In this document: positions 9,828-18,491 of the stretch, piece by piece
How positions within the stretch are numbered: position 1 is the first letter of the stretch
How the letters are laid out: each line of letters starts with the position of its first letter
The notes under the pieces: generated by a model
Databases searched by the model: none
What the model was told of the DNA's origin: nothing
Seen by the model: only the letters and a program-made list of their open reading frames with translations
Origin: Gammaproteobacteria bacterium
GTDB lineage: Bacteria; Pseudomonadota; Gammaproteobacteria; Steroidobacterales; SZUA-146
Assembly (NCBI GenBank): GCA_045107075.1
Contig: JBGCFV010000060.1
Span: 9,317 to 73,316 of the forward strand
DNA length: 64,000 nt
Direction of reading: 5' to 3'
Position numbers and translations under genes: made by a program

Positions 9828-11072
9828 ATGCACTTAGAGACGATAGAAAAGACGGATGACATACTCGTGCCCGGGGGCTGTGCTTTTTTGCACGGTACGG
9901 CTACCGAGCCGCGAGCGTTGGTTGAATACTGGTGTAACAGCCCCGAGAGCCTGAGTGGAGTCCGTTTACTGACGAGTTTTATTCCGGGTCTGAATACCGT
10001 CAATCTGGCAGGGCTGGCTCCCGACCAGCATGTTGAGACGTTTATGAATCAGCGTGAGTACGCGGTTTCTGAGCAGAGCAAGCAGCTTACCGCGTTGCGC
10101 TATTCGTACTCAAGAGTACGGCAACATCTTTGTGAGCTGGCTCGCCTGGATGTTGCGTTTGTTCAGCTAGCGCCGTTAAAAAACGGGCGTTATAGCACAG
10201 GCATTACTGGCGGGCTGATTCCAACGGCGATTGAAAAAGCGCATACGGTGTGCGGTATCGTCAATAATCAAATGCCGGTGCCGAAACGTAGTTACACCAT
10301 AGCCGCAAATCGTGTTGACTACACGATTAACGTTTCGCGACCGTTAATCGAGTTTGGCGCTGCAACCGGCGAGGTAAATGACGTTGCTCGTAAGGTGGCG
10401 GCTAACGTTTGTTCTCTAATTAACGACGGAGACACTCTGCAAGCTGGCATTGGCACTATTCCTACAGCGCTGTTTAGAATGTTGGAAGAGCGTCGAAATT
10501 TGAGAGTATTCAGTGGAATGGTCAGCGATTCTTTCGCCCAGCTGACAGCTTCGAGATCGTTAGATAAACGCGCTGAACACGTATTTGGCATGGCGCTTGG
10601 CAGCCAAAAATTCTACCAGTGGTTAAATGAAAGGGACGGATTTCGTGTTGCCGGGGTTGAAGAGACGCACAGTCGGGAACGAATATCGAATATCGACAAA
10701 TTTGTCGCTGTGAACAGCGCGCTGTCCGTTGGATTGGATGGCATAGTCAATGCGGAAAAGATCGGAAGTTATGCGGTAAGTGGGCCAGGAGGTCTCCCGG
10801 ATTTTGCGGCTGGAGCGACCGGATCGGATGGCGGTCGCAGCATTATCGCGTTGGCGTCAACCAATTCAAAAGGCACCGTATCGCGAATAACGCCGAGCAT
10901 TGATGATTTCGCTGCGAAAACAGTTCCTGCAGATCACGTGACGCACGTTGTTACTGAGCACGGCATTGCTGATCTGCGAAACGTTGCCGCTGATGAGCGA
11001 GCTAGCCGGCTGCTTGCAATTGCCGATCCGGCTTTTCGAAGCGACCTCAAGAAGGCGTTTGAGCCTGAGTGA
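9828..11072 (+). CDS. acetyl-CoA hydrolase/transferase family protein (4-hydroxybutyrate CoA-transferase-like)
   Basis: 414 aa with the conserved C-terminal region GSYAVSGPGGLPDFAAGA typical of this family. Confidence 0.75.
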   Translation: MHLETIEKTDDILVPGGCAFLHGTATEPRALVEYWCNSPESLSGVRLLTSFIPGLNTVNLAGLAPDQHVETFMNQREYAVSEQSKQLTALRYSYSRVRQHLCELARLDVAFVQLAPLKNGRYSTGITGGLIPTAIEKAHTVCGIVNNQMPVPKRSYTIAANRVDYTINVSRPLIEFGAATGEVNDVARKVAANVCSLINDGDTLQAGIGTIPTALFRMLEERRNLRVFSGMVSDSFAQLTASRSLDKRAEHVFGMALGSQKFYQWLNERDGFRVAGVEETHSRERISNIDKFVAVNSALSVGLDGIVNAEKIGSYAVSGPGGLPDFAAGATGSDGGRSIIALASTNSKGTVSRITPSIDDFAAKTVPADHVTHVVTEHGIADLRNVAADERASRLLAIADPAFRSDLKKAFEPE

Positions 11073-11081
11073 AAATTGGGT

Positions 11082-11726
11082 TTAGGATTTTGACAGAAGG
11101 TCGCGGATAGAATTCTCAAGAAACTCCAGCAGACGCTCAACTTGTTTTGTCTTCGGCGCGTGGTGTGTCAAGTAGCTGACAGCAACCCCTTCCATAATGT
11201 ACTCAGTCAGGTCGAGCGCAAGATCAAAGGCATCTTTTTTACCCTCCCATTCGGGAAAGAGTTTGAGCGCCTGTTCGTACCAGGCTTTGTCGAATTCGCG
11301 CTGTTTGGGGCGCAGTATCTTCTTCAATTCGTTGTCCGTTCTGGCGGCCACGGCCAATTCAAAGAACGCCACAAACATGGGGTGCTGCACGTGTTCCCAA
11401 TAAGATTCAACGGCAAGCTTCACTCGATCGGCGTCGGCCGGGAGTGCCTTGACGGATCTCCGGAAGGCACTCAGTCGCTTGGCGTGCAGGTGGTCGACGG
11501 CCGCTTTGACGATGTCAATCTTGGAGGGGAAATGATGAAGCATAGCCCCGCGGGACAGGCCTGCGATTTCGGAAATCGAGGTTGTTGTCGTTTTTGCATA
11601 GCCAAGTGAGACAAAGGCAGTAATGGCTGCTTCAACGATCTGGTTGCGAGTTGAGGCGCTTTTTTGCGCCTGCCAACTGTCAGGGTTCGCTGCAGACTTC
11701 TTTTTTTTAGGTGTCGCTTTTGCCAC
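11082..11726 (-). CDS. TetR/AcrR family transcriptional regulator
   Basis: The N-terminal HTH reads TRNQIVEAAITAFVSLGYAKTTTTSISEIAGLSRGAMLHHFPSK. Start is GTG at 11726. Confidence 0.85.
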   Translation of the reverse strand: MAKATPKKKKSAANPDSWQAQKSASTRNQIVEAAITAFVSLGYAKTTTTSISEIAGLSRGAMLHHFPSKIDIVKAAVDHLHAKRLSAFRRSVKALPADADRVKLAVESYWEHVQHPMFVAFFELAVAARTDNELKKILRPKQREFDKAWYEQALKLFPEWEGKKDAFDLALDLTEYIMEGVAVSYLTHHAPKTKQVERLLEFLENSIRDLLSKS

Positions 11727-11854
11727 GAAAATGGGCCTCGGCTATCAGATATAAGCGTCTACAGCATCGCTCTCAGTAAGAAAAAAGTCAAAGCAGATTG
11801 AAACCGGATGGCCTGACTGGTATACAAAGACTCTTTACTGGCGGGAGCAAACTG

Positions 11855-12604
11855 ATGGGACGGGTAGATGGGAAAGTCGTGATCATAACAGGTGCAGCCT
11901 CTGGATTGGGCCGGGCTGACGCACAATTTTTAGCCAAAGAAGGGGCTAAACTCGTACTGACCGATATCGATGACGATGCCGGTACAGCGTTGGTTGACGA
12001 GCTAACAAAAGGCGGTAGTGAGGCAATCTTTCTGAATCACGATGTGCGCGATGAAGCCAGGTGGGCCGAAGTTGTGGCGAAAACGGAAGAGCAGTACGGA
12101 CGTCTTGACGGTCTGGTCAATAACGCGGGTGTGGTGTTGATTGCAACGCCGGAAGATACCACCCTTGAACAGTTTCGTTTCGTAAACTCGGTAATGTCTG
12201 AAGGGGTTTTTCTCGGTTGTAAGGCGGCCTTGCCATTGCTACGTAAAAGCGGCGGCGGTTCAATTGTTAATATGTCTTCTGTCGCTTCTCATTTGGGATA
12301 TCCAGTGTTTTTTGCATACTCGGCCGCCAAAGGCGCTGTGCGCTCCATGACCAAATCGATCGCTGTCACGTGTCAGATGAACAAGGATAACGTGCGCTGT
12401 AACTCGATACACGCGGGCGCTATTGACACGCCTATGATCAAAACAGCAAATGCCGCTTTGGGTATTACACCTGATCCCGAAGACCCCGTTGGCATTGGTG
12501 AGCCCTCGGATGTAGCCAATATGATTTTGTACCTGATTTCTGATGAATCACGCTTTGTAAACGGTGCAGAGCTTGTAATCGATAACGCATTAACCGTGCA
12601 ATAG
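11855..12604 (+). CDS. SDR family oxidoreductase
   Basis: The Rossmann motif is VVIITGAASGLGRA. GGGAG RBS precedes ATG 11855. The track ORF from 11798 adds 19 aa with no support. Confidence 0.8.
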   Translation: MGRVDGKVVIITGAASGLGRADAQFLAKEGAKLVLTDIDDDAGTALVDELTKGGSEAIFLNHDVRDEARWAEVVAKTEEQYGRLDGLVNNAGVVLIATPEDTTLEQFRFVNSVMSEGVFLGCKAALPLLRKSGGGSIVNMSSVASHLGYPVFFAYSAAKGAVRSMTKSIAVTCQMNKDNVRCNSIHAGAIDTPMIKTANAALGITPDPEDPVGIGEPSDVANMILYLISDESRFVNGAELVIDNALTVQ

Positions 12605-12620
12605 CTGAGGGAAGACTGTT

Positions 12621-13382
12621 ATGGATTTGGGACTACGCGACAAACGCGCAATAATTACGGGTGCTACGAAAGGCATTGGCCGTAAAATTCTGGAGCAACT
12701 CATAAGCGAAGGATGCACCGTTGCAACGTGCTCGCGTTCAATCGAAGACGTTGAAGACATTATTGAAAGGTGTTCCACACGCAAGGCTGAAGTCATTGGC
12801 GACGCTTGTGATGTAAAAGACAAAGAAGAATACGAGGCCTGGATTGACAACATGGCTGAGCGCATGGGCGGAGTCGATATTTTTATTCCGAACGTAAGCG
12901 CTGGTGGTGGTATGGACAGCGAGCGTAACTGGTGGAAAAATTTCGAGACCGACGTACTGGGAACTGTTCGCGGTTGCGAAGCGGTCGTTCCACACATGAA
13001 AGAAGGTGGAGGAGGTGCCATAACCATTATGGGCACGACGGCAGCCATTGAAACGTTTGGCGTTCCTCAAGCTTTTAACGCGATGAAAGCATCGCTTATT
13101 ACCTATGCAAAGCAGCTTTCACAGTTCGTGGGGCACGACAATATTCGCGTTAATGCGGTGTCCCCCGGGCCCATCGAGTTTCCGGGTGGTTCTTGGGAAA
13201 TGCTTAAGGACACCATGCCAAAATGGTATGCGAAAGTGGTACGAGATCACCCAACCGCTCGACTGGGTACTCCTGAAGAGGTGGCAAAATGCGTTGCGTT
13301 CTTGTCGAGCCCTGCAGCTCAGTGGGTTAACGGAAGTAACCTGATCGTTGACGGCGGCTTTACCAAGCGAGTGCAGTTTTAA
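12621..13382 (+). CDS. SDR family oxidoreductase
   Basis: The Rossmann motif is AIITGATKGIGRK. Stop TAA at 13380-13382 directly abuts GTG 13383 of the next gene. Confidence 0.8.
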   Translation: MDLGLRDKRAIITGATKGIGRKILEQLISEGCTVATCSRSIEDVEDIIERCSTRKAEVIGDACDVKDKEEYEAWIDNMAERMGGVDIFIPNVSAGGGMDSERNWWKNFETDVLGTVRGCEAVVPHMKEGGGGAITIMGTTAAIETFGVPQAFNAMKASLITYAKQLSQFVGHDNIRVNAVSPGPIEFPGGSWEMLKDTMPKWYAKVVRDHPTARLGTPEEVAKCVAFLSSPAAQWVNGSNLIVDGGFTKRVQF

Positions 13383-14687
13383 GTGTCAAACAAACCCTAC
13401 AAGAATTTCAAGCGTGTAACAGAGGCTGTTAAGAACGGCACGCCAATAGAGCACGCTCCTCCAGATGATTTTGGCTACGAGATGATTCCGAAGGAGCGCT
13501 ATATCTCGGCTGACTACATGGAGCGCGAATGGCACAAAATGTGGAGCAAGGTGTGGCTTCTTGGCGGCTTTGAAAGCGATATGGCGGAGCCGGGCGATTT
13601 CGTCTGTCTTGACGTAGGTCGTGAGTCAGTGATTCTTGTGCGCCAGCCAGACGGCGGTGTGAAAGCGTTTGCCAACGTGTGCATGCACCGTGGTAATCGA
13701 CTGGTCGACGAGGGGGCTGACAACGCCGAGTCCTTTAAGTGTTCCTATCACGGTTGGGAATACGGATTGAATGGGCGGTTTGTCAATATTCCCAATGGTG
13801 AATTATTTCCGCAGGGCAAACCCTGTAGCGGGCTCGCTGAATTACCTTGTAGAGTCTGGAATACGTTTGTCTGGTTCAGTCTTGATAAAAACGTCATGCC
13901 CTTTGAAGAGTATATGGCACCTTTGCTGGGTCACTTCGAGCCCTATCATTTCGAACGTATGACGCTCGTCAGAGATATCACTGTTGAATGGGATTGCAAC
14001 TGGAAAACATCGGTCGACGCTTTTAACGAAACCTACCATGTGGCGGCAACCCATCCGCAGTTACTGTGGTACCTGAATGAAATGGATGTTCAGATAGATT
14101 GCTACGACCGACACTCTCGTTATCTTGTTCCTTTCGGAATGACAAGTCCGCATATCGAGCGCATTCCTGAAATACCGCCACCTCTTAAAAGCATGTTGCA
14201 CGACGCGGGTCTCGACCCGGCCTCGTATCAGGGGCCTGTTGACGGTATCCGGGAGACGGTGCAAAAGCACCTGCGCGAAACGGCTAAAGAAACCGGACGG
14301 GATTTTTCTGACCTCAACGATGATCAATTGACCGATGATTTTAACTACCTGGTTTTTCCCAACCTGACTTTTAATACTCACGCCGATCACCTGATGCTGT
14401 TTCGGCACCGACCTCATCCGACGGACCCGGATCGCATGTTCTTCGACACCTGGACGTTTGAGTACATTGTTGACGAAGACGAGTTGCCGGAAGAGCGGCC
14501 GCGTCACCGTCAATACTCGGGCGGAGAAAAGTCGCTCGGTATGGTCATCGACCAGGATGGTGCCAATTTGCCGAAGGTGCAAAAAGGTATGCACAGTGCC
14601 TCTTACGACGGGCTTTGGCTTGGTGATCTTGAGGTACGGATTCGGCATTTCCACAAGACGCTGGAAAGCTATCTGGATGCCGAATAG
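13383..14687 (+). CDS. Rieske non-heme iron aromatic-ring-hydroxylating oxygenase, alpha subunit (alpha-only / phthalate-family type)
   Basis: The Rieske CxH...CxxH is CMHRGNRL...CSYHGWEY. The mononuclear Fe motif is DAFNETYHVAATH. GTG start is coupled to the upstream stop. No beta subunit follows. Confidence 0.8.
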   Translation: MSNKPYKNFKRVTEAVKNGTPIEHAPPDDFGYEMIPKERYISADYMEREWHKMWSKVWLLGGFESDMAEPGDFVCLDVGRESVILVRQPDGGVKAFANVCMHRGNRLVDEGADNAESFKCSYHGWEYGLNGRFVNIPNGELFPQGKPCSGLAELPCRVWNTFVWFSLDKNVMPFEEYMAPLLGHFEPYHFERMTLVRDITVEWDCNWKTSVDAFNETYHVAATHPQLLWYLNEMDVQIDCYDRHSRYLVPFGMTSPHIERIPEIPPPLKSMLHDAGLDPASYQGPVDGIRETVQKHLRETAKETGRDFSDLNDDQLTDDFNYLVFPNLTFNTHADHLMLFRHRPHPTDPDRMFFDTWTFEYIVDEDELPEERPRHRQYSGGEKSLGMVIDQDGANLPKVQKGMHSASYDGLWLGDLEVRIRHFHKTLESYLDAE

Positions 14688-14721
14688 ACACAAGTAACAT
14701 TTGATCGGGGTCGATACGAAT

Positions 14722-14742
14722 AAAAACAGTCAGTACTGTTTC
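14722..14742. promoter_or_regulatory. palindromic operator-like site (AAACAGTC-AG-TACTGTTT), copy 1 of 4
   Basis: aaaaACAGTCagTACTGTTtc lies 90-110 bp upstream of the E1-alpha start. It shares AACAGTC-NN-GACTGTT half-sites with the sites at 20509, 23690 and 31759. Confidence 0.5.
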
Positions 14743-14829
14743 TTTTATTTGATTAGCTTCGTATACTGGGACAAGCGAAGAGGGCGGGGACCACCGCGCC
14801 ACCAAGCGCCGGACTACAAGGAATTGACT

Positions 14830-15792
14830 ATGAATCAAGAGCAGCTGCTGCAGGCCTATCGGCAAATGAAAACCATCCGGGAATTCGAAGAGCGTCTGCA
14901 TGTCGAGATTGCGACCGGTGCCATTCCCGGTTTCACCCATTTGTACAGCGGCCAGGAAGCGGTTGCAGTTGGCGTCTGCTTAAATCTCGACGTGGATGAT
15001 TACATTGTCAGTACTCACAGAGGTCACGGCCACTGTATTGCGAAAGGATGCGATGTCGTTGGCATGATGAAAGAAATCTACGGTCGTGCGGATGGCTTGT
15101 GCAAAGGTAAGGGCGGCGCAATGCACATCGCCGACTTCGAAAAAGGCATGCTCGGAGCGAACGCTATCGTTGGTGGCGGACCACCCATTGCAACTGGCGC
15201 GGCGATTGCCACCAAGCTCGATGGCAAAGGCAAGGTGACCGTCTCGTTCGGAGGCGATGGCAGTTCTAATCAAGGCACTGTCTTTGAAGCGATGAACCTG
15301 GCGGTAGTGTTAAAACTTCCCACTATTTTCGTTTACGAAGACAATGGCTATGGTGAGCACACCGGCGCGAGCTACGCCGTTGGCAGCGAAGACATCGCCG
15401 CACGTTCAGCTGCGTTTGGAATGCCAGCGCTTAAGGTAGATGGAAGCGATTTGTTTGCGGTTCATGAGGCCATGAGTGAACTGGTGGCGCGGGCCAGAAA
15501 CGGCGAAGGCCCGGCAACACTGGAATGCAAAACCACGCGATTCTACGGTCATTTCGAAGGTGATCCTCAGCGTTATCGGGCAAAAGACGAAGTGGCTGAA
15601 CATCGGGCAACGATGGACTGCCTGACTATTTTTAAACAGCGGGTCACAGAGTCTCAGCAGGTCGATGAGAATGCGTTAGCTCGTATAGATGCCGAAGTCA
15701 GCGCGTTAATTGAACACGCGGTGGAAGCGGCACAAAACGCGCCAGCGCCGACCTTGGAAGATCTGACTACTGACGTGTACGTGACGTATTAG
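14830..15792 (+). CDS. thiamine-diphosphate-dependent 2-oxoacid/acetoin dehydrogenase E1 component, alpha subunit
   Basis: MNQEQLLQAYRQMKTIREFEERLH plus the GDG(x)nN TPP motif FGGDGSSNQGTVFEAMN. AAGGA RBS precedes ATG 14830. The track ORF from 14701 has no support. Confidence 0.85.
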   Translation: MNQEQLLQAYRQMKTIREFEERLHVEIATGAIPGFTHLYSGQEAVAVGVCLNLDVDDYIVSTHRGHGHCIAKGCDVVGMMKEIYGRADGLCKGKGGAMHIADFEKGMLGANAIVGGGPPIATGAAIATKLDGKGKVTVSFGGDGSSNQGTVFEAMNLAVVLKLPTIFVYEDNGYGEHTGASYAVGSEDIAARSAAFGMPALKVDGSDLFAVHEAMSELVARARNGEGPATLECKTTRFYGHFEGDPQRYRAKDEVAEHRATMDCLTIFKQRVTESQQVDENALARIDAEVSALIEHAVEAAQNAPAPTLEDLTTDVYVTY

Positions 15793-15847
15793 AATCCTTG
15801 ATCAATCTGTGTTTTTCACCTGACTATCCAAGACGAAGAGAATTCAT

Positions 15848-16852
15848 ATGCCAGTTAAGTCTATGCGTGACGCATTAAACGAAACGTTGCATCAGGAGAT
15901 GGAACGAGACCCTAAGATAATTGTGCTTGGTGAGGACGTTGCAGGCGGACAGGGTGGTACCGGCGTCGAAGAAGCGGCCGGCGGCATCTTCGGTGTAACC
16001 AGTGGCCTTTACAAGAAGTTCGGTGCCGACCGCGTAATTGATACGCCGATCAGCGAATCCGCTATTGTAGGTGCCGCGGCTGGTGCCGCTCTTGCCGGGT
16101 ATCGGCCGGTTGCTGAGCTCATGTTTGCTGACTTCATCGGTGTTTCGATGGACCAGCTTTACAACCAGATTGCCAAGTTTCGCTATATGTTCGGTGGTAA
16201 AACAAAATGCCCGGCTATCATTCGTATGCCCACCGGTGCCGGCATGAACATGGGGGCGCAGCATTCACAAACAATCTACTCAATTGTGACCAGTGTTCCA
16301 GGCTTAAAGGTGGTGATACCTTCTAACGCCGCCGACGCAAAAGGCATGTTAACCACGGCGTTACGTGAAGACGACCCCGTCGTCTTTTTCGAACACAAGG
16401 CGCTGTACCCTAAAAAATGTGAAGTGCCAGACGGCGACTATCTCGTTCCATTCGGCGAGGCAGCGCTAGTACGAGAAGGCGATGATGTAACGGTAGTCGC
16501 CATAGCGCGGATGGTTCCTTTTGCAGAAAAGGCCATTGATAAACTGGCAAGTGACGGTATTACCTGTGACCTGGTTGACCCGCGCACAACGTCGCCGCTG
16601 GATCTGGAAACGATACTTGAAAGCCTTGAAAACACCGGGCGGCTTGTAGTCGTTGATGAATCAAATCCGCGCTGCAGTACCGCATCAGACATTGCCGGTC
16701 TGGTTGCCGTACACGGATTTCACTCGTTGAAAGCCCCCGTCGAAATGGTCACGGCACCGCATACACCGGTACCATTTGCGCGCGAGCTTGAGCGTGCTTA
16801 CGTACCTAGTCCTGTCGCTATCGAAGCGGCCATTCGCAAAGTTCTGGGTTAA
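15848..16852 (+). CDS. 2-oxoacid/acetoin dehydrogenase E1 component, beta subunit (transketolase-like)
   Basis: 334 aa with typical E1-beta motifs (IVLGEDV..., FGGKTKCPAIIRMPTGAG). Confidence 0.9.
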   Translation: MPVKSMRDALNETLHQEMERDPKIIVLGEDVAGGQGGTGVEEAAGGIFGVTSGLYKKFGADRVIDTPISESAIVGAAAGAALAGYRPVAELMFADFIGVSMDQLYNQIAKFRYMFGGKTKCPAIIRMPTGAGMNMGAQHSQTIYSIVTSVPGLKVVIPSNAADAKGMLTTALREDDPVVFFEHKALYPKKCEVPDGDYLVPFGEAALVREGDDVTVVAIARMVPFAEKAIDKLASDGITCDLVDPRTTSPLDLETILESLENTGRLVVVDESNPRCSTASDIAGLVAVHGFHSLKAPVEMVTAPHTPVPFARELERAYVPSPVAIEAAIRKVLG

Positions 16853-16857
16853 AACAT

Positions 16858-18078
16858 ATGACAATTACGGCAGTGACCATTCCCAAATGGGGAATAGAAA
16901 TGCAGGAGGCTACGTTCTCCGATTGGCATGTTGAGCTTGGTGCTGAAGTGTCAAAAGGTGATGAGCTGGCCGATCTTGAAACCGACAAAATAGTTAACGT
17001 GGCCGAAGCGCCGGCGAGCGGTATTTTACGACGCCGTATCGCTGAAAACGGTGACGTTTATTCGGTGGGCGTTCTGATTGCCGTGATCGCCGATGCCAAT
17101 ATCAGTGACGAGGAGATTGACGCCTTTGTCGACGCCTTTGTTCCCATTGACGCGTCGTTTGATGAAGGTGACACTGAGGTGGCCGTGGCGAGCACAGTTG
17201 AGACAGCTCCAGCACCTTTGTCTGCACCACCTGCCGCGACAGCAACGGGCGCTGTGAGTATTAGCCCAATCGCTCGTCGTCTTGCCGAAAAGCTTGGCGT
17301 TGACTGGAGCGGAATTCAGGGTACCGGCAATAACGGGCGAATTTCTAAACAGGACATCGAGGCGGCCACAGCAGCGGCCAGTAGCGGCAGCGCTGCGGCA
17401 TCCGAGCCGTTGCAGCGTACCGGGTTGCAACGCACTGTTGCAACGCGCATGACCGAAGCCAAGCAGCAGATACCACACTTTTATTTACGTATTGAGGTTG
17501 AGCTTGACCGTGCCGAGACATTGCGCAGTGAGTTCAATGAGCGCCAGAACGCAAAGCTAACTATGAACGATGTGTTGTTAGTTGCTGTTGGCAAAAGCCT
17601 TGAAGAGTCTCCCGCGATAAACGTGCAGTATCGCGACGGCGAAGTGTATTCGATGGCGGGTTCCGACGTTGGCGTGGCTATTGCGTCACAACACGGGCTC
17701 GTGGCACCTGTAATTCGGGATGTGGCTAAGGCTAACATCAGCGCGGTTAGTCATAGTGTGCGAGCACTCAGCGATGCGGCTGATAAGCGGGAACTCAAAG
17801 CGGAGCATTTCGAGGGAGGTGCGACTACGGTGTCGAACCTGGGGAGCTACGGGGTGTCGGATTTCGTTGCTATTATTAACCCGCCGCAAACCTCAATTCT
17901 TGCCGTTGGGCGCGCAGCGCAGAAAGCCGTTGTGCGCGACGGGCAGGTCGGCGTTGCGATTAGCCTGACGTTGAATCTATCGTGCGATCATCGCGCTTTC
18001 GACGGAGCGGCTGGTGCGGGCTTTCTGCGTAACCTCAAGCAGCACCTTGAGCAGCCTGACGTTTTGTTCGGGGTTTAG
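16858..18078 (+). CDS. dihydrolipoamide acyltransferase (E2) component
   Basis: The N-terminal lipoyl domain holds ETDKIVNVAEAP (lipoyl-lysine). It also has a peripheral subunit-binding domain and the C-terminal catalytic motif DHRAFDGA. Confidence 0.85.
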   Translation: MTITAVTIPKWGIEMQEATFSDWHVELGAEVSKGDELADLETDKIVNVAEAPASGILRRRIAENGDVYSVGVLIAVIADANISDEEIDAFVDAFVPIDASFDEGDTEVAVASTVETAPAPLSAPPAATATGAVSISPIARRLAEKLGVDWSGIQGTGNNGRISKQDIEAATAAASSGSAAASEPLQRTGLQRTVATRMTEAKQQIPHFYLRIEVELDRAETLRSEFNERQNAKLTMNDVLLVAVGKSLEESPAINVQYRDGEVYSMAGSDVGVAIASQHGLVAPVIRDVAKANISAVSHSVRALSDAADKRELKAEHFEGGATTVSNLGSYGVSDFVAIINPPQTSILAVGRAAQKAVVRDGQVGVAISLTLNLSCDHRAFDGAAGAGFLRNLKQHLEQPDVLFGV

Positions 18079-18088
18079 TAAACCTGTC

Positions 18089-18114
18089 GAATCCCGGCCA
18101 ACGGGCCGGGATTC
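18089..18114. terminator. perfect 11-bp stem hairpin between convergent genes (bidirectional terminator candidate)
   Basis: gaatcccggcc-aacg-ggccgggattc. Confidence 0.55.
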
Positions 18115-18186
18115 GTTGTCACTGGCGCATGCTTGAATTAACCGAACGTTCGCTCATGTCAATTCAAGTGTTTATCGAAGAGATGA

Positions 18187-18474
18187 TTAAATAGCGTCGA
18201 AAAATTGCAGGTCCATATCTTCTGCAAGACACTCCATTATTCCAGGCACCAGCTCGTCATGAAATTTGCTTTCCATGTGTTCTTTGAACGCGGCTTCGTC
18301 TTTAAACGTTGAATACACAACGTAAGTTCTGGGCTCTTCACGATGTTTGATTACGTCGTAAACCAAAGTATCCGGCTCGTGTTTGTGAGTGAGTCTGGAT
18401 AATTCGCGTTGCAAATCCTCAAAGTCTTTTTCTTTACCTTCTTTTACGACTAGGCGGGCGATGAATGCATTCAT
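18187..18474 (-). CDS. antibiotic-biosynthesis-monooxygenase (ABM) domain protein
   Basis: MNAFIARLVVKEGKEKDFEDL...FKDEAAFKEHMESKFHDEL fits the ABM fold. GGAG RBS precedes ATG at 18474. The longer track ORF to 18618 overlaps the upstream gene. Confidence 0.65.
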   Translation of the reverse strand: MNAFIARLVVKEGKEKDFEDLQRELSRLTHKHEPDTLVYDVIKHREEPRTYVVYSTFKDEAAFKEHMESKFHDELVPGIMECLAEDMDLQFFDAI

Positions 18475-18491
18475 GTTGTTCTCCAAAGTTG

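Noticed and set aside
11798-11854. Upstream extensions of track ORFs (11798, 14701, 31726, 50543, 51504, 54477, 60367-region, 61675-61836)
   Set aside because: The extensions lack RBSs and encode low-complexity sequence. They would overlap promoter or operator sites. Internal starts with good RBSs and homology-consistent N-termini were chosen instead.
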